Source: an uncultured Phycisphaerales bacterium
GTDB lineage: Bacteria > Planctomycetota > Phycisphaerae > Tepidisphaerales > Tepidisphaeraceae
NCBI GenBank assembly: GCA_963844715.1
Contig: CAWJPJ010000008.1
Span: 96,001 to 160,000, forward strand
Length of the DNA stretch: 64,000 bases
Reading direction: 5' to 3'
Below, in pieces: positions 1-11,039 of this stretch. A model generated the notes under the pieces. The model made no database searches. It saw nothing but the letters and a program-made list of their open reading frames with translations, and was not told where the DNA came from. The stretch's first letter is position 1; every line of letters begins with the position of its first letter. Position numbers and translations under genes: made by a program.

Positions 1-243
1 TAGCGGGCTGGAAGTCAATGAGCAAAAATTTCTTCTGGCTTACCCACCTTTCGTAAATCCTTATCCGTCCATACCGAACAAACGATATGGGCTCTCTGGA
101 CTGCCCGTTCCGCAAATGTGATACCGCACGGCCAAACCGCCAATAATTTGTCCGCCTCAGTTCTGCGCATTGCACACCCATTAAGCATTCATTAGCAACG
201 GCAAAAATTGCACGATGCATCATCGCCGGATAAGTTCGGGTTA

Positions 244-732
244 ATGCCTCCCCCGGTTCCAGTCATTTATTCCCCACGTGTCGTGGTCGAGCGCCTCTCC
301 CTCTTCGGCCGAGCGACCGCCCTGGCGTCGTCCGTCGGGTGTCTAGCCCTGCTGATCACCGCGGCAAAGCTCATCCCCAGCCCAACCGGCGTCGGCACGC
401 ATACCGAGCTGACCATGCCCCCCTGCGCCTTCCTGGCCCGGACCGGCGTCCCATGCCCAACCTGTGGAATGACAACGAGTTTCGCCTGGTTCGTCCGGGG
501 TAATTGGCTGGCGAGCTTCTACGTCCAGCCGATGGGATTCGTCCTGGCGATGCTGGCCGTCGCCGTCTTCTGGGCGGGGCTTTATATCGCCGTCAGCGGC
601 AGGGGGATCCATCGTTTGCTTCGCTTCATCCCGCCCCGGTATTATGGTGTCCCGCTGACGACCTGGGCGATCCTCGCCTGGGCCTGGAAGATATATATCC
701 ATTTGCACGGCCTGGATGGCTGGAGCAGCTAG
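244..732 (+). CDS. DUF2752-like membrane protein
   Basis: PCAF..TGVPCPTCGMTTSF motif plus hydrophobic helices. ATG at 244 preferred over TTG at 208. Confidence 0.75.
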   Translation: MPPPVPVIYSPRVVVERLSLFGRATALASSVGCLALLITAAKLIPSPTGVGTHTELTMPPCAFLARTGVPCPTCGMTTSFAWFVRGNWLASFYVQPMGFVLAMLAVAVFWAGLYIAVSGRGIHRLLRFIPPRYYGVPLTTWAILAWAWKIYIHLHGLDGWSS

Positions 733-755
733 AGCAGTTTCCTAACCCGCCGGTT

Positions 756-1454
756 GTGAGGAATCGTTTGGACAGCCCGTCGCTCGATCGCGGAACTCTT
801 GCCGCCTGCTGCCGATCAATTGTTTTGCTCGGCCTGCTGATCCTTCCGGCCGGCTGCAACGCCGTCGGCGCCGTCGCCAATGCAGTTCCCGAACCCATGG
901 TCGCCGCCGCGTATGGCGGACTGAAAAATCAGCATGTGGCCGTCATGGTCTGGGCCGATAGCGCGACGACGTCCGATCATCCGACCATCGAAGCCGACAT
1001 TGCCAAGACGTTGTCCGGAAATCTCCAGGAAGCGGCCGACGCGGGGTGTGGGGACGTCAAAAACATTCAATGGATCGGGGTCGACCGGATTCTTCGCTTT
1101 CAGGAGGATCATCCCGAGATGGAGACTGATGCCGCCGAGGACGTGGCCCTCCGATTGCCCGTCCCCGCGACGAGGCTGATCTACATCGAGGTCGCCGCGT
1201 TCTCCCTTCATTCCGACGAGGCCGTCGATCTCACCCGCGGCTCGGCGACGATCAACATCAAAGTCATCGAAATCGCCGCAGGCAAGGCGACCGTGGCTTA
1301 TCAGGAGGACAACATCAACGTCATCTATCCCTCGGATGCGCCGCCGGAAGGATTGCCCGGCTTGGACGAGGATCACGTCTATCACGAAACGATCAAGGCC
1401 GTCGGCGACGAGATCGGCAAGCGCTTCGTCAGCCATGAATCGGATGTTCAATGA
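756..1454 (+). CDS. Hypothetical lipoprotein
   Basis: 3' part of ORF 504..1454 with lipobox-like LLILPAG-C. Stop overlaps the next start (ATGA). Start codon uncertain. Confidence 0.6.
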   Translation: MRNRLDSPSLDRGTLAACCRSIVLLGLLILPAGCNAVGAVANAVPEPMVAAAYGGLKNQHVAVMVWADSATTSDHPTIEADIAKTLSGNLQEAADAGCGDVKNIQWIGVDRILRFQEDHPEMETDAAEDVALRLPVPATRLIYIEVAAFSLHSDEAVDLTRGSATINIKVIEIAAGKATVAYQEDNINVIYPSDAPPEGLPGLDEDHVYHETIKAVGDEIGKRFVSHESDVQ

Positions 1455-2119
1455 GTAAGATTTGGTCCATTCTGTTCGGCGGTATTTGTGCGGCGACGCT
1501 GCTCGCGGCAGGGGGGTGCCAGGCCGCCGGGGCCGCGGCATACGCCGGTACGCCGCCGGACACGATCAAAGCTCAATACGTCCTGCCCAAGGCGCCGACC
1601 CTCGTCCTGGTCGAAAGCTACGGCAACGCCGGGGAGGCGACACTCTATGCCGATCAACTCGGCGTCGCCCTCGTCCGGCAGCTCAAGGACCATCAGGTCG
1701 GACAGGAAGTCGATCCCCAACTCCTCGCGAAACTGCGCGAGGACGACACCGAAAAATACGACAAGATGACCATTGACGGCATCGGCCGCGCACTCGGCGC
1801 AAAACAGGTCATCTACGTCAACGTCATTCGTGCCGAACTGGAAGACCCCTCCGGCAGCGCCTCGGCTCGCGGCGACATCGACTGCATCGTCCGCGTCGTC
1901 GATGCCGCCACCGGCGAAACCCGCTGGCCTCCCGAAGCCTCGGATGGGCAACTCATCCAGATCCAAACCCCCTGGCTCCACAGCGATGCACCGATCCCCA
2001 CGCGGCCTGATGTCCATCAGGACATGGTCCAACGCACCGCCGACGCCGTCGCCAAGCTCTTCTATGAGTGGGAACCGGATTCCCCCATCCAGGAAACACC
2101 CCAGCCCGCCCCCGAATAG
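1451..2119 (+). CDS. Hypothetical lipoprotein, similar layout to the upstream gene
   Basis: Signal peptide ending LLAAGG-C. Translationally coupled to the previous ORF. Confidence 0.65.
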   Translation: MSKIWSILFGGICAATLLAAGGCQAAGAAAYAGTPPDTIKAQYVLPKAPTLVLVESYGNAGEATLYADQLGVALVRQLKDHQVGQEVDPQLLAKLREDDTEKYDKMTIDGIGRALGAKQVIYVNVIRAELEDPSGSASARGDIDCIVRVVDAATGETRWPPEASDGQLIQIQTPWLHSDAPIPTRPDVHQDMVQRTADAVAKLFYEWEPDSPIQETPQPAPE

Positions 2120-2128
2120 ACCGTAAGA

Positions 2129-2683
2129 CTAACCCTGAAACGCCGGCGGCTGGGGCTGATGGCCGTGTTGCATCTCGTCCCCCTTGGCGTGACGCAGCGC
2201 ACCGCCATACAAGTCGAGATAGAAGTAGAGCAGTTCCTTGTTTCCAACCAGCCGGCTGGTCTCGTGGCGGAACCGGAATTTCTTGAACACCCGGATCGCC
2301 AGCTCGCGATCCATGAACGTATCGAGCGTCATCTTCAGATACTGGTTTTCCTGACAGAATTTCAGCGCGGTTTCCACCAGACCCGACCCGATTCCCCGGC
2401 GGCGAAAGTCATGAGCCACCCGCAAGCGCCGAATCTGCCCGGCGCTCTCCTCCTCATAATGCTGCACGCCGACCATCCCAACGATCTGACTTGTCTCGAT
2501 TTCTGCCACCCAGAAATGATTCCCCGGCGCATGCATGTAGACCGCTTCGATATTGTCGATATCCGCCCCGGTGTCGTTTTCCGCCAAATGACCGCCGTTG
2601 AGCCCGCCTTCATCGTAAAGATTTCGGCAGGCCCGCAGATCTTCGGGCTGAAAACTACGGATTTTCCAGGTTGGTTGCGGCAC
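2129..2683 (-). CDS. GNAT family N-acetyltransferase
   Basis: Acetyl-CoA motif A: RLRVAHDFRRRGIG. Confidence 0.85.
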   Translation of the reverse strand: MPQPTWKIRSFQPEDLRACRNLYDEGGLNGGHLAENDTGADIDNIEAVYMHAPGNHFWVAEIETSQIVGMVGVQHYEEESAGQIRRLRVAHDFRRRGIGSGLVETALKFCQENQYLKMTLDTFMDRELAIRVFKKFRFRHETSRLVGNKELLYFYLDLYGGALRHAKGDEMQHGHQPQPPAFQG

Positions 2684-2730
2684 GGTTCGCCTATTCTAGC
2701 ACCGCTCAATGCCGCCCGGAGCGCGCCCTT

Positions 2731-3218
2731 TCAAATATTCACAGGCAGATGTTGAAGTACGTCCGTCTGGAGGTCGAGCACCGCCACCGATTTTCGCGCC
2801 GCGCGATACAGCGCCCCGGGATTGATCACCCGAAGTTTTCCCGACCGGTCGTCCCGGGCGACGTGTGTATGTCCATGCAGGAGATAGTCATGCGTGTTTC
2901 CGCTGATGATCCGCCGCATGATCTGGTGGTCGTGCCCGTGGGTGAGGGCGATGATCTTCCCGTCGAGTTGCAATTCCGCAAGATCGCCCCGGCAATCGAC
3001 CCCCAATCCCGCCGCATACGCGCCAGCTCCTCGCGATTGAAATCCGTATTGCCCCAGACAAAGATCACTTTTTCCCCCGCCATGAGATCGATCACCCGCT
3101 GCCCGCCGACGTCTCCGCAGTGGAGGAAGATCTCCGCGCCATTTCTGCGCAAAACCTCCATCCCCGCCGCCATCGCTTCCACCCGGTCGTGCGTGTCGCT
3201 GAGAATTCCGATCCGCAT
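2731..3218 (-). CDS. YfcE-like metallophosphoesterase (frameshifted)
   Basis: SDTH, HCGD and GNTD in ORF 2826..3218; THGH, HGHTH and INPG in ORF 2731..3006. One frameshift near 3000. Confidence 0.85.
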
Positions 3219-3243
3219 GGCAATCAGAGCATTTTAATTAGCT

Positions 3244-4017
3244 CTACAGTCGTCGCAAATGAAACCCGCCGTCCACATGGATCACTTCGCCGGTGCTGTA
3301 AGGGAGCAAATCGCGCGCAATGGCGCAAACGGCCCGCGCCACGTCCTCCGGCTTGCCCCACCTGGGTATCGGGTTGATCTTGTCCTGCAAGATTAACTGA
3401 TCGTACTTCGCCTTAACCGCGGCCGTCATGTCCGTTTCTACAATCCCCGGACGAATTTCATAAACATTGATCCCGTGCTCGGCCAATCGCGCGGCGTAAA
3501 GCTTCGTCATCATCGCCATCCCCGCCTTGGCGACGCAATAATCCCCGCGATTGACGCTCGCCGCCTCGGCGCTGACGGAGGTAATGTTGACGATCTTCGG
3601 CGACCCGATCGGCTTGACGTCGATCATTTTCCGCGCGATAAGCTGCGTGAGAAAATACGGGCCCTTGAGGTTGATCGAGATCAAGCGATCGAAGCTCTCC
3701 TCCGTGGCTTCGAGAATATCCGCGCGGGCCGTGGGAGCGACGCCGGCGTTGTTCACCAAAAGATCGATCCGCCCGAAAGCGTTCCAGCCTTCCTCGGCCA
3801 ATCGCTTGCGATCGGCGGGGTTGCTGATGTCCGCCTGGATAACAATCGCCTTTGCCCCCAGCGCCTCGGCTTTCTTTTTGGTTTCCTCAGCCGCGGCGGT
3901 GTTGCCTGCATAATTGATGATCACATTGAACCCATCCCCCGCCAGCCCCAGGGCGATTCCCCGCCCGATCCCGCGCGAGGCTCCCGTGATCAGCGCCGTC
4001 CTCCTTATTTGGCTCAT
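3244..4017 (-). CDS. SDR oxidoreductase (3-ketoacyl-ACP reductase-like)
   Basis: [12 protein letters not shown] and YCVAK (YxxxK) motifs. Confidence 0.9.
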   Translation of the reverse strand: MSQIRRTALITGASRGIGRGIALGLAGDGFNVIINYAGNTAAAEETKKKAEALGAKAIVIQADISNPADRKRLAEEGWNAFGRIDLLVNNAGVAPTARADILEATEESFDRLISINLKGPYFLTQLIARKMIDVKPIGSPKIVNITSVSAEAASVNRGDYCVAKAGMAMMTKLYAARLAEHGINVYEIRPGIVETDMTAAVKAKYDQLILQDKINPIPRWGKPEDVARAVCAIARDLLPYSTGEVIHVDGGFHLRRL

Positions 4018-4029
4018 GACTTGCGCTCC

Positions 4030-4836
4030 CTACGCGATGTGCCGTCCGTAAAGTCGCAAAATCCCATCCACCAGAATGTACCATCCCAGGCAAAAGGTGA
4101 TGGCATAAACTATTTTAATGAACAACTGGTCTTTCATGCGACGGTTGATCCATTTTCCAAAATCGCCCCCACCAATACCAGCGGCAGCAACTCCAGGGTC
4201 AATTTCAATTCAAAATGACTGAATTGCCCGCTAAACCAGTAGGCGGGCAGTTTGGCGGTGTTGAGGATGAAAAAATAGACCGCGCACGTCCCGACATAAA
4301 GCTGCCGATCCATCGAAAGGGGCAGCAAATACATCGCAATAATCGGCCCCGCAGCATGCGCCATGGTGGAGCTCGACCGCCGCGAAACCGCCGGTCAGAT
4401 GCGACCGCAGCGGCTCACGCAACAGATGCCGCCGAGATCCGCGCCAGATCCGCCACCAATGCAGCGAAACCAGCAAAACCGATTCAATTCCGATCTCGAT
4501 GCGAATCAGCGCCCCGACAAGATTAGCCTGCCGATGAAGAAACCACAGAAGCACGCCTCCCAGCGCCACCCCCACGGCCGTCCCGGGAAGCAGCTTGATC
4601 ACGTACTGTTTCGCCGGCCCGGCAAAGAAGAGATCCCAATACTGCCACACCGCCAGCAAATCCCCCACGATCAAAAGCGGCAAAAGCAACCCCAGCGCCA
4701 TCTCCGACCCCCGCCCCGGGATATTCCCAAACGCAATCGCCACCATCGGCACGATCATCAGCCCCACACCGCTGCCAAACCCGCTCTTAGTGATCCCGAT
4801 GAGCAGTACCGCCGCGAAAACCAGCACCCACCACAT
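4030..4836 (-). CDS. Sulfite exporter TauE/SafE family permease (frameshifted)
   Basis: GITKSGFGSG...LLPLLIVGD in ORF 4231..4920 and HAAGP...YLL in ORF 4134..4364. The C-terminus is in a further frame ending at TAG 4030. Confidence 0.75.
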
Positions 4837-4908
4837 GGCGCCATAAATACCTTGAAATCGGGCGATTTGCGATTGATTCGGCCGCAAGGGTGCCGGGCCG
4901 GGTGCCCG

Positions 4909-4917
4909 TGGTATAAT
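4909..4917 (+). promoter_or_regulatory. Extended -10 promoter element for the TA operon
   Basis: TGGTATAAT (TGnTATAAT), 12 nt upstream of the ATG at 4930. Confidence 0.45.
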
Positions 4918-4929
4918 CATGCGGCAAAA

Positions 4930-5241
4930 ATGATTTCACTTTTAAAGATTAAATCTGCTGAACTCGCCGACCTATGCCGCACCCATCGCGTCGCCCGTCT
5001 GGAGGTGTTCGGCTCCGCCGCCGGAGACTCCTTCGATCCCCGTCACAGCGATATCGACTTTCTGGTGGAATTCGAACGCGATGTGGATATGGGGCCTTGG
5101 CTCGCGCGCTATTTCGACCTGAGGGAAGACCTCTCCCGCCTGGTCGGGCGCCCCGTCGATTTAGTGATGATCTCCGCCATGAAAAACCCCTACTTCGTGC
5201 GCGAGGTCAACCGTACCCGCGAACTTCTCTATGCAGCCTAA
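4930..5241 (+). CDS. Minimal nucleotidyltransferase (MNT) antitoxin
   Basis: 103 aa with FGS...SDIDFLVEF and GRPVDLV. Overlaps the HEPN gene. Confidence 0.88.
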   Translation: MISLLKIKSAELADLCRTHRVARLEVFGSAAGDSFDPRHSDIDFLVEFERDVDMGPWLARYFDLREDLSRLVGRPVDLVMISAMKNPYFVREVNRTRELLYAA

Positions 5242-5578
5242 GACCCCAAAGCTGCTGGCGGACATCCTCGACGCGACCCGATTTATCCTGGATTCCGTGC
5301 AGGCCAAAACACTCGAAGACTACCGTGCCAACCGAGCGCTACGTCAGGCGATCGAACGGAATTTCGAAATCATCGGAGAGGCGGTCAATCGACTCGGCCG
5401 CATCGATCCATCCGTAGCTGCCAAAATTTCCAACAGCGCTCGCATTGTCGCATTCCGAAACTTGCTGATCCATGGATATGACCTCATCGACGACAAGGAA
5501 GTGTGGCAGGTCATCACCGGTTCGCTACCCACGCTTCTGGCCGAAATTCAGGCGTTGCTGCCGCCGGCGCAGCCTTAA
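5231..5578 (+). CDS. HEPN/DUF86 ribonuclease toxin (HepT-like)
   Basis: ERNFEIIGEA and the RX4HXY motif RNLLIHGY. Confidence 0.88.
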   Translation: MQPKTPKLLADILDATRFILDSVQAKTLEDYRANRALRQAIERNFEIIGEAVNRLGRIDPSVAAKISNSARIVAFRNLLIHGYDLIDDKEVWQVITGSLPTLLAEIQALLPPAQP

Positions 5579-5672
5579 GAAAAAGGGCCATTTGAACACA
5601 TGGCCAATGGATGACGGCACGCGGCGGTCGTCGCCGCGTAGCGGGTCGCCAAACGGTACAATTCCCGGCGTG

Positions 5673-6391
5673 ATGGGCGCAGAACATTCCCAATTCGCCG
5701 CCACGCGCTGGACCATCGTCCTCGCCGCCGGCAACTGGCGCGCACGGCTCCGACGCCCGCCGAGCCATGGGCGAACTCGCTTCGCTCTACTGGTTCCCGC
5801 TCTATGCTTATGTCCGTCGAAAGGGGAATCCGCCGGCGCAAGCCGAGGATTTCGTCCAGGGATTTTTCACCCATCTCCTTGAGAAGGATTCCCTCGAGAC
5901 CGTCGATCCGGCCAAAGGAAAATTCCGCTCGTTTCTTCTGGCGTCGCTCAATCATTATCTCGCCAACGAATGGGACAAACAGCGAGCCGCAAAGCGCGGC
6001 GGCGGCAAAAAGATCGTGCCTCTGAACGGCGCCGACGCCGAAGCGCGCTACGCCGCCGAGCCCGTCGATGAGATGACCCCCGAGCGCCTCTTCGAGCGGC
6101 GCTGGGCGCTGGCGGTTCTCGATCAGGTCCTCAAGCGATTGCGCGACGATTATCACGCCCGCGATCAGGATAAAATCTTCGCCGCCCTCGAGCATCTCCT
6201 AATTGGCCAGGATGGCTCGACCTATCCCGACATCGCCGCCAGGCTCAACATGACCGAAGCCGCCGTGAAAGTCGCGGCCCACCGCCTGCGCCGCCGCTAC
6301 CGCGAACTCTTGCGCGACGAAATCGCCCAAACCGTGGCCGATCCGCCGCCTTGTGGATGAGGAAATTCGCCAATTGCTCGCCTCCCTGTAA
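5673..6391 (+). CDS. ECF RNA polymerase sigma factor, kinase-associated PVC type (frameshifted)
   Basis: FAATRWTIVLAA N-terminus, YWFPLYAYVRR, AEDFVQGFF and VKVAAHRLRRRY. Frameshifts near 5750 and 6350. Confidence 0.85.
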
Positions 6392-9351
6392 CCTTTGGGC
6401 GCCGTTTGCTTTTGTAAAGGGCGACGCAAACGGAGTCGAAAAATGAGCCAACCCAATTCATGCCCGGAATGCGGCGCTCCGCTGCCCGCCAGCGCCCCGC
6501 GCGGACTATGCCCCGCCTGTCTGCTCGAGCGCGGCCTGGAAACCAACACCATCGCCAACCCGACGATGATTCCCCCCACCCAGTGGCTGCCCCCGGCGGT
6601 CGAAGAAGTGGCCGCCCGATTTCCCGAACTCGAGATTCTCCGCCTCATCGGCCGCGGTGGCATGGGCGCCGTCTATCAGGCCCGCCAGAAAAATCTCGAC
6701 CGCGTCGTCGCCCTCAAAATCCTCCCCCCGGAGATGGCCCACGCCCCCGCCTTCGCGCAGCGATTCGCCCGCGAAGCCCAGGCCATGGCGCGCCTCAATC
6801 ACCCCCACATCGTCACCATCTATGAATTCGGCGAGCGCTCCGGCTGGTATTTCTTCATCATGGAATTTGTCGACGGCCTAAATCTGCCGCACGTGCTCAA
6901 TAGCGGCCACATCTCCCCCCAAGAAGCCCTCGCCATCGTCCCCCAGATCTGCGAAGCCCTCCAATACGCACACGAGCACGGCATCGTCCATCGCGACATC
7001 AAACCCGAAAATATTCTCCTCAATAAACAGGGCGACGTGAAGATCGCCGATTTCGGCCTGGTCAAACTGATGGGCCGCGACGCCGCGCCCGAGCCGATCA
7101 TGGGCACCCCCAAATACATGGCCCCCGAGCAGCGCGACCGTCCCACCGAGGTCGATCATCGAGCCGACATCTATTCCCTCGGCGTCGTCTTCTACGAAAT
7201 GCTCACCGGCAAAACACCCGATAAATTGATCGAACCGCCGTCCAGAAAAGTCGTCATCGACGTTCGCCTCGATGAGGTCGTCCTGCGCCCCTGGAAAGGG
7301 AGCCGCGGCGAAGATATCAGCAGGCGAGCGAAGTAAAAACGGTCGTCGAGACCATCGCCGGCGATTCGCCTCATGATTCCACACCCGATCGCTTCGCCGC
7401 CGCCTCCGCACAGACCTCACAGAATCTTTCCCCCTGGTGCCGTCTCGTCGAACTGATGGTTGGAATCCGTTTCACCTCTCCCGTGGCCATCGCTCTGACG
7501 AATTTGTCGGCCCTTGGATTTCTGGGCTTTTTGGGCAATCTTCGCTATCTGGATTCGCTCTGGCCTCCCTTGGCATACTGCGCACATCTCTCCGGCCTGT
7601 TCGGGCTTTTTGGGTTGATCGGCTTCGCCATCGCCATCGAATTCCCCGCCGCGCGCCGCCGCGCAAGGGCAATTCGGGAATCTGGCGGACCGGGTTCCGC
7701 GGGATCAACTTAACGGGCCGTCGGTCGGCTTACTTCTCGTCGGAATCGCCAACTGGCTCTTCCACGTCGCCGCCGTCATTTATTTCGCCCACCGCAATCC
7801 CGCCGCAGCCGGCACTTTGATTCCCATCATCCTCTCCGCATTTGTCTGCGACAGCCTGATCATTCTCGCGGCCCTGAAGATGCGAAATCTCGAACATCGC
7901 GGGTTATGCATCGGCGGCTCCATCCTGGCCCTGGTGACCGCCCCGGGAAATATCATCGGCCTGCCAATCGGAATCTGGTCCCTCGTCGTCCTCAGCCATC
8001 GCGACATCAAAAATGCGTTTGCCCAATCGGTCCAGACTACGCCTCGCGCTGGCCCAGCCCATTCCCACCGCGCCGGCGTCGGCCGCGGCCTTCTCTTTAC
8101 CGCTCGCATCAACGCAACATTCTGGCTCCTCGGCTTCGGCGTCCTGTTTTTCGGCGGGGGCCCGCCCAACCTCCTTCACGAACCCCCGCGCGTTGAATGG
8201 GAATATGCCGGCACGACCCTCATCTTCGCAGGCTTGGCGATCGGATTATTTCCAGCCCGAGTCTCAGCCGACACCTCGCGCGCCGCCCGTCAGCGCCTCC
8301 ATCGCCGCAAGTCTTGTGCTTTCCGGATGGGTGATATTCCTTGTGGCCGAAGGACGAATCCACGCCCTCTGGTGCATCGACTGGGCCGCGCTCATCGCCG
8401 TCTTCTATTTGATTGCCGGTTGGCTGCTCACTCCGTCCAACCGCCGGCGAGCCGTCGCGGCCCTCGTCGCCGCCTCCACTCTCGGAATCGCTTTGACTTA
8501 CGCGTTAACTTACATCTTGGTTTTTGGAGTCTTTGCCTCGCGCCACACCACGCCGCAGGATGTGATTGCGGAAAAAACTCATGCCGGCCTTGCCTGGACG
8601 GAAATGGACAGGGAAACCTCAAGTGACGCTGTCATGCAAAAAATTCAGGCCGGCATTGTCCACCAGCTCGCGGATTCCGGAGCTTCGATCGACACACTCA
8701 TCCTCAACAGCATCGGCGACAGCCAATCCGGCACCTCTTTCGAAGTCACCTATAGCGGTCTGATTCATTTTAAATCCCCCAATGGAACAACCCTCGATCA
8801 TGCGAGCGGCAAATTTGATATGTCCTATATCGGCGGCGGCACATGGCAAGGGTCGCTGGCGGGAATGACGATCACCGTCCAAGTCGCAACCGTCGACAAC
8901 ATCGACCTCCCCTTCATCAACGATCCCGACGCGATCGGCCAGTGGCAGTCCGTCGATTTCGTCGCCGATCCCTCAATGTTCAATCCCGACCATCCAACCT
9001 CCACCGGCAGCTTGTATTTCAAGGGATTGACCTTGCTGGCGGATGGCAAGACGTCCGAGCCGTGGTTTACTTGGACGAGGGGAACCCTCATTCACCACGG
9101 CGACAAAACCGCCAGCCACTATCAGATGCAGGATATCCAAGGGCAAAAATAGGGAATTATATACTTGAGTCCCGTTAGGCTTGCATCGATTTGCTCACGT
9201 CGATACGATTTCCGCAAATAAACGCCGCCCTGACTCACGAGGTCCGGGCGGCAGGGTCGGCCTGTGATAGAGGCCAACCGATGCCTATCGTAGCATCCGT
9301 TGTGATTCCCCTCTACCCTTGTCGTTACCCGCCCAAAAGGGAGTTGGTTTT

Positions 9352-9549
9352 ATGGCAAAGGACAGGGATGTTCCGAAGCCCGATCGGTCTGGCGAATCTC
9401 ATGCAGAGCATTCGGGCGCTAGGCGATTTTCTCGTGGGGATGACATAAAGGCTGGAAGGCCGACCCAAGAGCCGAAACCAGATACCACGGGGAGCAGCGG
9501 GCCGAGGAAAGACGACAGCCAGAATCAGGGCGGGAACAAAGACGAATGA
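9352..9549 (+). CDS. Small hydrophilic hypothetical protein inside the IS1595
   Basis: 65-aa ORF with GGGAG RBS, convergent with the membrane cargo gene. No recognised family. Confidence 0.35.
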   Translation: MAKDRDVPKPDRSGESHAEHSGARRFSRGDDIKAGRPTQEPKPDTTGSSGPRKDDSQNQGGNKDE

Positions 9550-9550
9550 T

Positions 9551-9946
9551 TTAGACGGAAAACTTGCCGATCAGAAAACTCAATAGGAATCCATACGCCA
9601 CGAGGACGGCCAAGCCCTTCGTCCAGAAAAACGCGATGGATGGCCAGTTGACCTCGCGCCGGACATGGAATTCTATATCTTGATCGTGGCCAAGCTGTTT
9701 CTCCTTGTGCCGATGAATGAATCCCCATGCAAGCGCCCCGTAAGCATATTGCATAAAATCACAGGCCAACGACAAAACGGCCAGCGCGGCGGCGATAATC
9801 AGCGGCGAGGCAACGTGATATCGCCCAGTGGATTCGGACTTGAAAATCCACACAACAGCTAACGCGGCCATGGCCAGTTGGCGAGACAGGTTGCTCATCT
9901 GCGCCGAAAGCTCGTGGTAACATTCCAATGCTCCGCTGAGTTTCAT
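9551..9946 (-). CDS. IS1595 passenger: small 3-TM membrane protein
   Basis: 131 aa with three hydrophobic segments. Its ATG overlaps the stop of the upstream small ORF. Confidence 0.7.
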   Translation of the reverse strand: MKLSGALECYHELSAQMSNLSRQLAMAALAVVWIFKSESTGRYHVASPLIIAAALAVLSLACDFMQYAYGALAWGFIHRHKEKQLGHDQDIEFHVRREVNWPSIAFFWTKGLAVLVAYGFLLSFLIGKFSV

Positions 9947-10122
9947 AATGCCTCTTTTCTCATTTCTTTTTTGGACTGTGCGGGCCTCTTACTTTGTTTT
10001 TTCTTGGATCGCTGCCTCGAAGCCATCGCTTCTTGCTTGCGTTTTTTCGGCTTAGTCTTTTTGGGCGGGCGATAGCCAAGAACCACGTCGGTAATCGCGT
10101 CTAGCGCCTTAACATCGGTCAT
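9943..10122 (-). CDS. Lys-rich 59-aa protein coupled to the IS1595 transposase
   Basis: Hand-translated as MTDVKALDAITDVVLGYRPPKKTKPKKRKQ...RKEAL. ATGA overlaps at both ends. Not in the ORF track. Confidence 0.55.
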   Translation of the reverse strand: MTDVKALDAITDVVLGYRPPKKTKPKKRKQEAMASRQRSKKKQSKRPAQSKKEMRKEAL

Positions 10123-11039
10123 GCGATCAGTTCCTTGTATGTGATTCGTTTGCCGGGCGTTGCTTGGACGAAGCTGGCCAGCCGCGAAAGCGTATGGCGA
10201 CGGACGTTACCATCGTTCAGCCTGAACGCAAACTCATCGACATAACGGCCCAAATGTTTTTCGCTGGCGTGGTGGTAAACGCCATGCAGTCCGCGCTTCA
10301 AAACGGCCCATACGCTTTCGATGCTGTTCGTCGTCACTCCGTCTCGGACGTATTCGCCGGTATTGTGATTGATCGTCGCATGCTGGAAGGACGCTTGAGA
10401 GAGTCCGGCGTAGGCGGCGTGCTCATCTGTGTGGATTGTTGAGCCGGGGACGACGTTGGCCATGATTTGCGGTTGGAGGTTCGCCGCATCAGTTCCCTGT
10501 ACATGCACGGCCTTTGTGCGTCCGCCGCGTTCCCGCATACCGATCACTGCCGACTTCCCCACTGTCCCGCGTCCGGCGCGGAGCTTCTTGTCGCCATGCT
10601 TGTTCTTTTCCTTACCGCCGATGTATGTCTCATCGACTTCCACGATTCCCTGTAAAGCGGCCAAATCACCGGCACAGGCTTCCCGCAGACGATGCAGAAC
10701 AAACCACGCTGACTTTTGGGTGATGCTCAATTCCTTGGAAAGCTGGACCGACGAAATACCCTTGCGAGCCGTCACCAGCAGGTACATCGCATAGAGCCAT
10801 TTGTGGAGCGGGACGTGTGACCGCTCAAAGATCGTCCCGGTGCGGACAGTGAAATCCTCCGAGCAAGCGTTGCAGCGGTAGTAGCCGCCCTTGCGGGTCG
10901 TGATCCGTTCGCCGCTTTGGCAATGGGGGCATTTAACGCCGTCCGGCCATAAACGGGCCTCCAGATATTTTCGGGCGGTTTCCTGATCGGGGAACATCTG
11001 GAGGACTTCAAACGTGCTGATCGTGATTCTGTCCTTCAT
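10119..11039 (-). CDS. IS1595 family DDE transposase
   Basis: Zn ribbon (CPHC...CNAC), VEVDETYIGG, TDE, TNSIES and YVDEFAFR. Confidence 0.95.
   Translation of the reverse strand: MKDRITISTFEVLQMFPDQETARKYLEARLWPDGVKCPHCQSGERITTRKGGYYRCNACSEDFTVRTGTIFERSHVPLHKWLYAMYLLVTARKGISSVQLSKELSITQKSAWFVLHRLREACAGDLAALQGIVEVDETYIGGKEKNKHGDKKLRAGRGTVGKSAVIGMRERGGRTKAVHVQGTDAANLQPQIMANVVPGSTIHTDEHAAYAGLSQASFQHATINHNTGEYVRDGVTTNSIESVWAVLKRGLHGVYHHASEKHLGRYVDEFAFRLNDGNVRRHTLSRLASFVQATPGKRITYKELIA

Noticed and set aside
120..170. c-di-GMP-I riboswitch-like GCACGGCCAAACC
   Set aside because: The downstream GAAA tetraloop stem and GACGCAAAGC core are absent.
4930..5578. MNT-HEPN pair as a novel defence system
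   Set aside because: Matches the well-described HepT/MntA toxin-antitoxin architecture.
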